Assembly: GCA_964417865.1 (NCBI GenBank)
Contig: CAYQJI010000001.1
Span: forward strand, 14,492-78,491
Direction of reading: 5' to 3'
Source: Candidatus Woesearchaeota archaeon
GTDB lineage: Archaea > Nanobdellota > Nanobdellia > Pacearchaeales > GW2011-AR1
DNA: 64,000 nt
A program made the translations under genes and the position numbers. The notes under the pieces are model-generated. The model was not told where the DNA came from. It searched no databases and worked only from the letters and a program-made list of their open reading frames with translations. Below, one piece after another: positions 10,415 to 19,444 of the stretch (positions within the stretch are counted from its first letter, which is position 1; the number at the start of each line of letters is the position of its first letter).

Positions 10415-10906
10415 ATGAAATTAAATAAAAACAAGAAAGCAGATTTTTTAATTAAAAATGTTTTAGAAATAGTTCTTGCAGTTATTGGAGTCATGCTTCT
10501 TATTTTTTTAGGTGTTAAATTAATTCCTTTAATTTTTCCTTCATCTGTTGAGAAAGCAGAATCAAGTTTAAACTTGTTATTTGGTCTAATTAATCAGAAC
10601 CTAAATCAAGAGAGTGTCAATGAAGTTAAGGTATTCATTCCAAACCCCAAAGGTTGGTATTTTTTTGGAACTTTAAAAGGTGATTCTTCTTCTCCTATTA
10701 AAGAATGTAGAGAAAATCCTTGCATCTGTATATGTTCCGAAGGATTTATATGTACTGAAAAAGCTAAAGGTGTTTGTTACCCTTTTGATTTTGATGATTA
10801 TACATTATCCTACAATTTGGGTGCATTAGAAATTTCTTCTAATGGTCTTTTCCTTAAAGTTTCTTTTGATAGAACAAATAAAATAATAAATATAGCTAAA
10901 AAATGA
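10415..10906 (+). CDS. Pilin-like protein, Cys-rich C-terminus
   Basis: NKKA|DFLIKNVLEIVLAVIGV class III signal; CRENPCICIC. Confidence 0.75.
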   Translation: MKLNKNKKADFLIKNVLEIVLAVIGVMLLIFLGVKLIPLIFPSSVEKAESSLNLLFGLINQNLNQESVNEVKVFIPNPKGWYFFGTLKGDSSSPIKECRENPCICICSEGFICTEKAKGVCYPFDFDDYTLSYNLGALEISSNGLFLKVSFDRTNKIINIAKK

Positions 10907-11004
10907 ATTTCAATAATTTTATGGATTATTTTTATTGGATAGTGGTTTTTTTATTAGTTTTAGGAGGACTCTATTTTTTATTTAAATATCTAAATATATT
11001 TTAA
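10903..11004 (+). CDS. Very small single-TM protein (33 aa)
   Basis: Not in the ORF track. MNFNNFMDYFYWIVVFLLVLGGLYFLFKYLNIF; ATGA overlap with the upstream stop. Confidence 0.45.
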   Translation: MNFNNFMDYFYWIVVFLLVLGGLYFLFKYLNIF

Positions 11005-11043
11005 TATAATAAAAGATAAGTTATTTTAATTATAAAATAAAAA

Positions 11044-12126
11044 ATGAAAAGAAATAAATCAAAAATGAAAAAAGGAGAACTTACAACAGAGAACATTGTT
11101 ACTTTAATTGTTTTAATAATCGGATTTATAATTCTTTTGGCCTTTTTAGTTGGCTTTAATTATGAAGAGGAGGTTAATCAAATTGTTTGTAAAACTTCTG
11201 TTTTATTAAAAGCAACTTCTAAACAAATTTCAGGGTTAGAAAAATTATCTACTTCTTTAAATTGTCATACTAAATACCTTTGTATAAGTTCTGATAATAA
11301 ATGTGATAAGGACCTATCAATAAGTAATGTAAAAAAAGTTTCTTCTAGTGATGAAATATTTAAAATTCTGGCTGATGAACTTGGAAATTGTTGGTCTATG
11401 TTTGGGGAAGGCAAATTGGATTATTTTTCCAAATTTAATATAAAAACAGATCTTTATTGTTCTTTATGTTCTTTAATATATTTTGATAAAGATTTAAATG
11501 AAATTAAAGATGAAAATTCTTATTTTGTGAAAGATGAAAATGGGAAAGTTATTGGATTAAATCAAACAAAATTTTACATTTATTTAGCCAAAACAAAAGT
11601 TGGAAAAAGTAATGAAAATTATTTAACTTACCTTTATGGAATTTCTTCATTCTCTCAATTCAATAATTATCTAACAAATGGATTTATTCCAACAGAAAAT
11701 TCAAATATAGAATCACAAAAAAATTTAGAAGTTGAAAAATTGAATAATATTCCTTCTTTAGCTCCTCTAAACTTTTCAAAAAATTATTTTGTTCTATTAG
11801 GCGCTATGGACAATAGTGATCTCCTTAATATTCTTTCTACTTATGGAGGACCTGCCACTGGGTCTTTATTGGGTTTAGCTGCGGGTTTTATTATCTCACC
11901 ACCGTCTGCCATTATGTGGGGAGCACTTTTTGTAGGAGGAGCATTAATAGGACAAGGCGTGCAATCAACAAGTAATTTTTTAATTAATGATTTACTCTTT
12001 TCAAAAAAAAATCAAGAGACAAATAAAGAAGAGAGTAGTTTAGTTTTCTTTGGGCCTAATTTAGTGGAAGCTAATGCGAAATCATTAAGCAACATTAAAT
12101 GTTCTGAAATTAATACTATCGCTTAA
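11044..12126 (+). CDS. Pilin-like protein with Cys pairs and a C-terminal Gly/Ala-rich hydrophobic hairpin
   Basis: MKKG|ELTTENIVTLIVLIIGF; CWSMFGEG...CSLCS. Confidence 0.75.
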   Translation: MKRNKSKMKKGELTTENIVTLIVLIIGFIILLAFLVGFNYEEEVNQIVCKTSVLLKATSKQISGLEKLSTSLNCHTKYLCISSDNKCDKDLSISNVKKVSSSDEIFKILADELGNCWSMFGEGKLDYFSKFNIKTDLYCSLCSLIYFDKDLNEIKDENSYFVKDENGKVIGLNQTKFYIYLAKTKVGKSNENYLTYLYGISSFSQFNNYLTNGFIPTENSNIESQKNLEVEKLNNIPSLAPLNFSKNYFVLLGAMDNSDLLNILSTYGGPATGSLLGLAAGFIISPPSAIMWGALFVGGALIGQGVQSTSNFLINDLLFSKKNQETNKEESSLVFFGPNLVEANAKSLSNIKCSEINTIA

Positions 12127-12180
12127 TCTTTTTATCATTTATTAGTTAATTTTATAATATTCTTTTTCCATTTATTTAAT

Positions 12181-12642
12181 ATGATAAAAAATAAAAAAGG
12201 TGAAGGGAATGATTTATTTTTGAATAACTTTGTTGATATAATTTTAGATTTTATTTTTTTTGGAGTTCTTATACTCTTTTTATTAAATCAAAATTATAAA
12301 ATTTCTTTTTTAGAATTAAATTATGCTAAGAATATAGCTTTGTTAATAGATAATGCTAAACCTGGAATGACTATTACTTTTGATTTGTCTGATGCAGTAA
12401 AAATTGCTAAATCCAATGGTGTAGATATTAATGATATGATAAAAATTCAAGATAATAAAGTTTTAGTTACTCTTGCAAGGGGTAAATGGAGTTCTTATTC
12501 TTTTTTTAATAATATCAATATAGTTAGTTACTATCCTCTTTATAATACAAATAAAAAGGGTTATACAGGAGAATTTGTCTTTAAGATAGGAGAGTATATT
12601 GAAAATGAAGAGTTAAATCTTGAAAATGAAAAACTAAATTAA
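12181..12642 (+). CDS. Pilin-like protein
   Basis: NKKG|EGND followed by a hydrophobic helix. Confidence 0.7.
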   Translation: MIKNKKGEGNDLFLNNFVDIILDFIFFGVLILFLLNQNYKISFLELNYAKNIALLIDNAKPGMTITFDLSDAVKIAKSNGVDINDMIKIQDNKVLVTLARGKWSSYSFFNNINIVSYYPLYNTNKKGYTGEFVFKIGEYIENEELNLENEKLN

Positions 12643-12654
12643 ATTAAAATAAAG

Positions 12655-13338
12655 ATGAAAATTTTTTTGATTAATAAAAAAAACAAAAGAGGAAATGTTT
12701 TTTCTATGTGGTGGTTTGTAATGGCAGTAATTGTCGCCGCAGTAATTTATATAATGGTTAATATGTTTTTTCAATCTCCCATAGATATTAGAGATATGGA
12801 GGTTAATAGTCTGATAAATCAGGTTGCAGATTGCATTTATTATGCTGGGCAATTTAACAATAATATTAATTTTATTTCTGAAAGTTCTTTAAGGCAAAAG
12901 GATATAAGTTCAGAAAATAAACTTATTAAAAATGAGCCAGAAATAGATAAAGAGTTCTTAATAAAAAATTGTCATTTAAATTTATTTGATGAAAATTATC
13001 CTAAAGAAAATCAGTATTTTATTCAAGTTAATATTTACAAATTGGACACAGCGTCAAATTCATTAAGTTATAAAGATAATCTTTTAGTAAATTATATTGC
13101 AGGAAATGAAATTTTTAAAGATTTTTGTGATTTACAATTACAAAAAAATTTTTATCCTTCATCTAATGTTTTAGAAGAAATTAAATACGAAGATAATATT
13201 TATAAGACTCTTCCATTCTGTAAAAATAAAAAATTTTATGCATTTACAAGGCAAATTATGGGGGATAATTCAAGAAATGAATATATTATAGAAATTATTG
13301 GAGGTATAAAAAAATTAAATGAGAATATTAAAGTATAA
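12655..13338 (+). CDS. Pilin-like protein
   Basis: NKRG|NVFSMWWFVMAVIVAAVI. Confidence 0.7.
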   Translation: MKIFLINKKNKRGNVFSMWWFVMAVIVAAVIYIMVNMFFQSPIDIRDMEVNSLINQVADCIYYAGQFNNNINFISESSLRQKDISSENKLIKNEPEIDKEFLIKNCHLNLFDENYPKENQYFIQVNIYKLDTASNSLSYKDNLLVNYIAGNEIFKDFCDLQLQKNFYPSSNVLEEIKYEDNIYKTLPFCKNKKFYAFTRQIMGDNSRNEYIIEIIGGIKKLNENIKV

Positions 13339-13612
13339 AAAAGCTCAGATAGGGTATACTCTTAATTGGGGTGCAGCTTTAATATTAATTTTTATTATAT
13401 TATTAATATTTGTAATTGTTTCACTTTTATTTATTAATCATTCAAATTTAGTAAAATTTTTCGAACCAAAGAATACTCTAATAGAGGTTCAAAATCAACA
13501 TTTAATCTCAAAAAGTGAAATTTCTCTATCAGAAGTTACTTCAATGAATACAAAGGATTTTGATTCATATCATTCAAAAATTATAAATTTAATAAAATTA
13601 GAAAATGATTAA
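13319..13612 (+). CDS. Pilin-like protein
   Basis: KKA|QIGYTLNWGAALILIFIILLIF. Confidence 0.7.
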   Translation: MRILKYKKAQIGYTLNWGAALILIFIILLIFVIVSLLFINHSNLVKFFEPKNTLIEVQNQHLISKSEISLSEVTSMNTKDFDSYHSKIINLIKLEND

Positions 13613-14507
13613 AAATAAAAAAGCTCAATTAGGCATAAATATTTTTGTTTTAGGAACACTTATAGTTTGTGTTCTTGCTTTATTCAGTTTTAGCACTAAT
13701 TCTAATAAAGTTAAATTTAATTTTTATGGAATTTCTGCTTTAGAAGAAGAAAATACAAAAATTGAAAATGAACAATATCAACAATACTTAAAACTAAAAG
13801 AGAACATCCAAGAGTTTAAATGTTCTTATCAAGATTTATGCCAATGCCCTAAAGTAGATTCTCCTTATAATAAGTTAATTATCAACAATATGGATATTAA
13901 CGATTTAATAAGTAATGTTGACTGTTCAAATAAAGAACTTCTTAAAAATAATTTATTTAATTTAATGAAATCTATTTCAGATACTAATGCCGAGTATGTT
14001 GCAAGTCAATGTAAATGTAAAGATAATTGTAAAAATTATGCTGGACTTCTTGTTGATGAAGCTTGCAAAGATGATAATAACAAGATAGATCCTTATTTAT
14101 TATTGTCTATAATGATGCAAGAATCTGATTGTGTGGCCTTAGCTATAAATTCAAATAAAGAGAGTAATGGGAAAGTTTCTTCTTCTGACTGTGGTTTAAT
14201 GCAGATAAATACAAAAAGTCAAGAGGATTGTAAGGACCTTATTCAAAATCCAGCCTCTTCTATAAAAAGAGCAGTATCTCTTCTAAAAGATAAATTTGAT
14301 AAAGAATGCATTTTTACAGGGGGTAAATATAAAGATGGAGGCTTTACATGTGATGCTTCTACATTGATAATGCATTCTGATTGTACAAGAAGTGTTAAAT
14401 ATTCTGGTTGGGCTTCTAAAATAAGAGGTTATAATGGTTGGGGTGCAGGAGGTTCACCTTACTATACAGAACTTGTTTTAGAGAGATATTTAGAATTAAA
14501 AGGATAA
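13605..14507 (+). CDS. Pilin-like protein with C-terminal lytic transglycosylase (SLT, lysozyme-like) domain
   Basis: NKKA|QLGINIFVLG signal; IDPYLLLSIMMQES (Glu173), CGLMQIN, NPASSIKRAVSLL, GYNG, YTELV. Confidence 0.8.
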   Translation: MIKNKKAQLGINIFVLGTLIVCVLALFSFSTNSNKVKFNFYGISALEEENTKIENEQYQQYLKLKENIQEFKCSYQDLCQCPKVDSPYNKLIINNMDINDLISNVDCSNKELLKNNLFNLMKSISDTNAEYVASQCKCKDNCKNYAGLLVDEACKDDNNKIDPYLLLSIMMQESDCVALAINSNKESNGKVSSSDCGLMQINTKSQEDCKDLIQNPASSIKRAVSLLKDKFDKECIFTGGKYKDGGFTCDASTLIMHSDCTRSVKYSGWASKIRGYNGWGAGGSPYYTELVLERYLELKG

Positions 14508-14678
14508 AAAAATAAAATGACAGTTGAAGAAATTAAATCTTTTGCAAATAATATAAAAGTTGATTATAATTCTGAGTCAAATATATTATTAACAAATAAT
14601 AATCAAAAATAATTCTAAAAACCTTAAATAACTTCAAATTAACAAAAGCTTTTTAAATACTAAAAGATTATAAAAGAT

Positions 14679-15221
14679 ATGAAGTTAGAAAAAAAAATAA
14701 ACAAAAGAGGAGACCAAACACCTTGGATCTTAATCTCTTTGATTTTAGCACTTGCTGTTGGTGTATTTTTTATATATAACTTTTTTAGCTATAATCAATT
14801 ATTTTCTGCTTCAAATATTAATGATATAACTGATCTTTGTGTTAACACATATACAAAACCAGAAGAATTTGTTTCTAAAGGTTTACCTGCTTTTACAATA
14901 GAACAAGCAGGCAAAAAAATTGTTTATTCTAAAGGATTTACTTGTTATTATTTATCTAAACTAAGCACAAATAATCCAGCCTATAGTGCAGTTAGTGGAA
15001 GGAATAATTTAGATGAGATATGGCTCGCATGGGATGATAAAATTAAAATCATGGAGCCTAATAAAGATGAAACTTTCAGAAAAGAGGAGTGTGAGAAAGA
15101 TCCCAAGTTAATTTATGTTTATTCTGCAAAAGAAGAAAAAAATAAGTATACCTTAGAGGTTACAATATGTAACCCTGGGATAGCTCCTGCTCCTGCTGGA
15201 GGACATAATTCAGAAGAATAA
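14679..15221 (+). CDS. Pilin-like protein
   Basis: NKRG|DQTPWILISLILALAVGVFF. Confidence 0.75.
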   Translation: MKLEKKINKRGDQTPWILISLILALAVGVFFIYNFFSYNQLFSASNINDITDLCVNTYTKPEEFVSKGLPAFTIEQAGKKIVYSKGFTCYYLSKLSTNNPAYSAVSGRNNLDEIWLAWDDKIKIMEPNKDETFRKEECEKDPKLIYVYSAKEEKNKYTLEVTICNPGIAPAPAGGHNSEE

Positions 15222-15358
15222 TTTTTCTCCATTCATTCTTTTTTAATAATCTTTTAAATTTATTATTTTTCTCTTTTATTATCATTAATTCTTTTTCTTA
15301 AATCTCTCTTTTTTTCTCTTATTTTAACAACTTTTTTAAATAACTAATTCTTTTTTAA

Positions 15359-16741
15359 TTGATGAAATCTTTAATGATAAAAGATAAAAGAGGTATGGAT
15401 ACAATGGCCTTTATTCTTGTTGCATTAATTCTTGCAGCAATAGTTCTTATTGCTTTGTCAGGAGGATTACAAATTGTTATAGGAAAATTAAAATCCGCTT
15501 TAGGAGGGCCTTCAAATGTGGATTTAATCAAAGGATTTTGTCAATTATCATGTAATCTCGGATTTACTAATGATTATTGTTATAAACCTAGAACATTAAC
15601 AGATAATTTAGGAAATAAACTTAATGATGTAACTTGCTATTTCCTTTCTAGATATAAGCCGAGTTATGAGATTGATTCTTGTCCTAAGATAACTTGCTCT
15701 GTTGAATTTAATAATAACATAAATTCCAAAGAGCAATTTAATCAATTACAATGCACAAAAAACAAATTATATTTACAATCTTTTATTCAAAATTCTGAAA
15801 AAGAATATACTTTGTTGTCAAAAGAATGTTCAAATTTCCTTGAAAAACCTCTAATAATTTCTAAAGATGAATTGAACCTTGATCCAACTCTTGAAAAATC
15901 TCTTAACAATTATATTTACTATTCTACAAATGCAGAATGGGTTGATAACTTTAATAAAGATTTACTTATCAATGCAATTAATGTTGCAACAGGAAAAAAA
16001 TCAAGCCAATTTTACCAAGATTTAGACCAGACTAATCCAGAAGCTGTAAAATTTTGTTATGAACCTATTAATTCATTAAATGGATTAACTGGATATGCTT
16101 ATTTAAAATCAAATTCAAAACTAATGAATAATGTTATTGATGCTTATCAAATTAATCAAAATGATTTTGAGCGTTGTGGCGTTTATTACTATTTTGTTGA
16201 TAAAACAAATGTAAGGTATGGAGGTCTATTATCTTATTACAAAACTTATAAATCTGCTGAAAATAGAGGGAGAGATTCCGATTCGTTTAAAGAGAATATA
16301 ATAAAACCTTTTGGTTGTATCAATAATGATTATAATAACTATCTCTCTCTTAGATATAATCAAAATGACCCAACAGGAAAGTATATCCAATTTTTAGATG
16401 AAAACAATAATCTTATTACTTTAGATTTTCCGTGTGAACCAGATATCTCAAGTTTTAAAGTAGACGAGGTCTGTAAAGCCTTTTATGATGAATTAGTTCA
16501 GAAATTTTCATTAGATCCTTATTTAGAGAATATTGAAACCTTTGATTTTTGTTCTAAAAAAATTAACCTTCTGGATTCCTCTGGAAATGAGATTTGTTCA
16601 GGATGTACCTGTTTTTATGTGCTTAATAATCTTAAAGAAGAAGATTTAACAAAAAGAGGTTATTTAAATGTCGCTAACAACGGAGTAACCATCTCAAATT
16701 TAGAGATTATAAAGTCTTGTAACCATGAATCTAAAACATAA
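15359..16741 (+). CDS. Large Cys-rich pilin-like protein
   Basis: DKRG|MDTMAFILVALILAAIVL; CQLSC...DYC...VTC motif, with partial FC...C repeats downstream. Confidence 0.75.
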   Translation: MMKSLMIKDKRGMDTMAFILVALILAAIVLIALSGGLQIVIGKLKSALGGPSNVDLIKGFCQLSCNLGFTNDYCYKPRTLTDNLGNKLNDVTCYFLSRYKPSYEIDSCPKITCSVEFNNNINSKEQFNQLQCTKNKLYLQSFIQNSEKEYTLLSKECSNFLEKPLIISKDELNLDPTLEKSLNNYIYYSTNAEWVDNFNKDLLINAINVATGKKSSQFYQDLDQTNPEAVKFCYEPINSLNGLTGYAYLKSNSKLMNNVIDAYQINQNDFERCGVYYYFVDKTNVRYGGLLSYYKTYKSAENRGRDSDSFKENIIKPFGCINNDYNNYLSLRYNQNDPTGKYIQFLDENNNLITLDFPCEPDISSFKVDEVCKAFYDELVQKFSLDPYLENIETFDFCSKKINLLDSSGNEICSGCTCFYVLNNLKEEDLTKRGYLNVANNGVTISNLEIIKSCNHESKT

Positions 16742-16743
16742 AA

Positions 16744-16857
16744 ATGTCAGATTACGGATTTCCTGAAAAAAGAAACAAAAGAAAAGAAAAAAGAAAAGAA
16801 AAAAAGAAACACCCTTATAAGCAGGGTGGAGCTCAAAGAACTTTTGAAATAAAATAA
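16744..16857 (+). CDS. Small basic hypothetical protein (37 aa)
   Basis: Not in the ORF track. MSDYGFPEKRNKRKEKRKEKKKHPYKQGGAQRTFEIK; starts 2 nt after the previous stop. Confidence 0.5.
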   Translation: MSDYGFPEKRNKRKEKRKEKKKHPYKQGGAQRTFEIK

Positions 16858-16903
16858 AAGATAAAATAAATTATTTTATAAACTTATTTTTCTTTTTTTT
16901 AAA

Positions 16904-17758
16904 ATGTATGAAATAATATTTTTATTAATCTTAAGTTTTTGTTATCTTATATTTGCAGTTATTCAAGATTTTAAATCAAGAGAGATTGCAGATTGGCTTA
17001 ATTATTCTTTGATAATCTTTGCTTTAGGTTTTAGGTTTTTTTATTCTTTGTTCAATGAAAATAATTTTAATTTTTTTATCCAAGGATTTATTGGATTTCT
17101 TATTTTTTTAGGATTAGCTAACCTGTTTTATTATTCAAGACTTTTTGCAGGAGGAGATGCAAAACTTATGATGGCTTTAGGAGCAATTTTGCCATTAGAT
17201 TATTCTTTTAGTTCAAATCTCCTTTTATTCCTTAATTTTTTATTTTATTTTTTTATAGCTTCTTTAATTTATGTTTTAATTTCAAGCGTTTTTCTTACAT
17301 TAAAAAATTTTAAATCCTTTAAGATTAAATTTATTAAAGAAGTTAAATTTCAAAAAAGATTGATTATATTATCTTGGTTATTCTTTTTCTTATCAACAAT
17401 TTTAAACTTCGTCTTTTTATCTAAATTCAATTTCGTTTTTTTAGGATTTTTTATTTTAGTTTTAACTTATTCTTATATTTATTCAAAATCTTTAGATGAG
17501 TGTTGTATGATTAAAGAAGTTTTAACTAAAAATTTAACAGAAGGAGACTGGCTTTATAAGGATGTGAGATTAAAAAAAGAAACTATCAAATCTAAATGGG
17601 AGGGTTTAACAAAAGAAGAAATAAGAAAAATAAGATTAGAACTAAAAAAAGTAAAGATAAGACAAGGAATTCCTTTTTCCCCTACTTTTTTATTAGGCTT
17701 TTTGCTTTTTGTGATATCTTATTTTTTTAAAATTAATTTATGGAATCCTCTTTGGTAA
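16904..17758 (+). CDS. Prepilin peptidase (A24, PibD/FlaK-like)
   Basis: Catalytic Asp motifs QDFKSREI and AGGDAKL; multi-TM; C-terminal GIPFSP; ends the pilin cluster. Confidence 0.88.
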   Translation: MYEIIFLLILSFCYLIFAVIQDFKSREIADWLNYSLIIFALGFRFFYSLFNENNFNFFIQGFIGFLIFLGLANLFYYSRLFAGGDAKLMMALGAILPLDYSFSSNLLLFLNFLFYFFIASLIYVLISSVFLTLKNFKSFKIKFIKEVKFQKRLIILSWLFFFLSTILNFVFLSKFNFVFLGFFILVLTYSYIYSKSLDECCMIKEVLTKNLTEGDWLYKDVRLKKETIKSKWEGLTKEEIRKIRLELKKVKIRQGIPFSPTFLLGFLLFVISYFFKINLWNPLW

Positions 17759-18346
17759 CCAGATGTTCTCTTCTTTAATTTCTTCTTCGTTTTCTTCTTT
17801 TGATTCTTCTTTATCAGAATCTTTTTTATCCTCTTTTAGAATTTTTTCTTTTATCTTTTCAAGCTCTTCAATACTCTTTTTTTCTTTTTTTAATTCTTTA
17901 TCTTTATAGATTGGAATTAAATTTATTAATTCATGATTAAAAATGGATTGTTTTTCAACTTTCACTTCTAAGGGCATTAAATTTTTTTCTATTTTTTCTT
18001 TTATTTTTTGAGCTAATAAAAGAGTGGATTCTTTCACTTTACCATGAGATTTTGGAATTATAAAAGAATTCCCTTCTGAGAGGGGATTTATATCCAAAAC
18101 GCCTAAATTTTCTTCATCTTCCTCTAAAATGCAAGAAGGTATTTTTTTTGAACTTATTAAGCAAAAAATACACTCATTATCTTCAAATAAAATATTATTT
18201 TTTTCTAAAAAACTAGCCAATTCTTCTTTATCCATAGAATCTAATCTACTTAAAGAACTTAATTTTTTATCTTCTGGAAAATTACTATTTATATAAGAGA
18301 TTAGTTTTTCTTTTATTTCTTTAAATTCTTCTTCTGAAATTTCCAT
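17738..18346 (-). CDS. HIT-family protein (degenerate histidine triad)
   Basis: CIFC...DINPLSEG...IIPKSH; HxHxH replaced by NHELIN. Confidence 0.7.
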   Translation of the reverse strand: MEISEEEFKEIKEKLISYINSNFPEDKKLSSLSRLDSMDKEELASFLEKNNILFEDNECIFCLISSKKIPSCILEEDEENLGVLDINPLSEGNSFIIPKSHGKVKESTLLLAQKIKEKIEKNLMPLEVKVEKQSIFNHELINLIPIYKDKELKKEKKSIEELEKIKEKILKEDKKDSDKEESKEENEEEIKEENIWLPKRIP

Positions 18347-18364
18347 TTATCAATTATTTTTTAT

Positions 18365-18640
18365 TTAAGAACCAAAAGCTCTTCTCATATCTATAACCTG
18401 TATTGAGCTTACTCCTTCTAGTTCTCTTATCTTTTCTTCAAGTTTCTCTAATTCTACCTCTTCAGACCAGGCAAAAAAAGCAATTATCGCTTTTAATCCA
18501 AAAGCAATAGGTTCTTCTTCAAAATTGCAATTTTTTCCACCAAGACTTTCTACTAACTCTTTTGTTTTTTCTTTTATAGTTTCTAAATCTGTTTCAGGCG
18601 AATTGGGTAAAATCTTTATTTTTACTGCTGCGATTCCCAT
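18365..18640 (-). CDS. ef1b: Translation elongation factor 1-beta
   Basis: KILPNSPETDLE...EEPIAFGLKA. Confidence 0.93.
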   Translation of the reverse strand: MGIAAVKIKILPNSPETDLETIKEKTKELVESLGGKNCNFEEEPIAFGLKAIIAFFAWSEEVELEKLEEKIRELEGVSSIQVIDMRRAFGS

Positions 18641-18750
18641 AAATTCTTTAGATTTTTTTGATTTATAAGTCTTCTGTTATCCTTTATTTATTGCTGAGCT
18701 GTTAAGTTAAAGTCACTTATTCTGGACTTCTAAAATTATGAAACAAAACA

Positions 18751-18781
18751 TTTAAATAGTATTATGAATATATATTCATAA
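18751..18781 (+). promoter_or_regulatory. TATA box plus palindromic operator upstream of the DUF5320-like gene
   Basis: TTTAAATA (18751-18758), then the perfect 20-bp palindrome TTATGAATATATATTCATAA (18762-18781). Confidence 0.7.
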
Positions 18782-18810
18782 CTAAATAAACACAATTTGG
18801 AGGAAACAAA

Positions 18811-19059
18811 ATGCCAAGACAAGACGGAACAGGACCAAATGGGCAAGGGGCTATGACTGGAAGAGGTTTAGGACCTTGTGGAGGAGGTATGCGTAGAGGA
18901 TTTGGCAGAGGAATGGGTTGGAGATTCTGGGGAAGATCCCAATACAGCAAGCCCGTTAATCTGACCAAAACAGAAGAAAAGAAAATCCTTGAAGCAGAAC
19001 TTAAAGAAATTGATTTGGAAAAGCAAGAAATAGAAGAAAGGCTTAAAGAAATTAAATAA
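18811..19059 (+). CDS. DUF5320-like Gly/Arg-rich small protein (transposon cargo)
   Basis: MPRQDGTGPNGQGAMTGRGLGPC...RGFGRG plus C-terminal coil; GGAGG RBS upstream. Confidence 0.8.
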   Translation: MPRQDGTGPNGQGAMTGRGLGPCGGGMRRGFGRGMGWRFWGRSQYSKPVNLTKTEEKKILEAELKEIDLEKQEIEERLKEIK

Positions 19060-19060
19060 G

Positions 19061-19090
19061 CCTTCTTCTTGTCTTTTTCTTTTTTTATTT
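19061..19090 (+). terminator. Putative oligo-T archaeal terminator
   Basis: T-rich run directly after the stop of 18811-19059. Confidence 0.35.
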
Positions 19091-19098
19091 TAGTAAAA

Positions 19099-19127
19099 TT
19101 TAAATAGAAATATGAATAAATATTCAT
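19099..19127 (+). promoter_or_regulatory. Second copy of TATA plus operator, upstream of the DUF134 gene
   Basis: TTTAAATAGAAATATGAATAAATATTCAT, same TATA-to-operator spacing as 18751-18781. Confidence 0.7.
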
Positions 19128-19128
19128 T

Positions 19129-19419
19129 ATGGTAAGACCAAGATTATGCAGGAGAGTTAGGTTTAATCCAGATGTTACTTATTTTAAACCAAGAGGAATC
19201 CCTTTAAGTGAATTGGAAGAAGTAGTTTTACTTGTAGATGAATATGAAGCAGTTAGATTAAAAGATTTAGAAGGATTAAAACAAGAAGAATGTGCTAAAA
19301 AAATGAATATTTCTCAGCCAACATTTCATAGGTTAGTTTTATCAGCAAGAAAAAAAATATGTGATGCAATAGTTAATGGAAAGGCAATAAAAATAGGAGG
19401 GGGAAATTATAAAATATGA
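19129..19419 (+). CDS. DUF134 family HTH DNA-binding protein (transposon cargo)
   Basis: MVRPRLCRRV...YFKPRGIP...EYEAVRLKDLEGLKQEECAKKMNISQPTFHR. Confidence 0.88.
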   Translation: MVRPRLCRRVRFNPDVTYFKPRGIPLSELEEVVLLVDEYEAVRLKDLEGLKQEECAKKMNISQPTFHRLVLSARKKICDAIVNGKAIKIGGGNYKI

Positions 19420-19444
19420 ACAATTAAAACTTTTATTTTTTGGA

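Noticed and set aside
14517..14612. 31-aa ORF MTVEEIKSFANNIK... after the SLT pilin, possibly an immunity peptide or displaced C-terminus
   Set aside because: Too short, with no motif or signal to support it.
5479..17758. Archaellum (motility) operon
   Set aside because: No recognisable archaellins or ArlF/G/H; content fits an adhesive type IV pilus.
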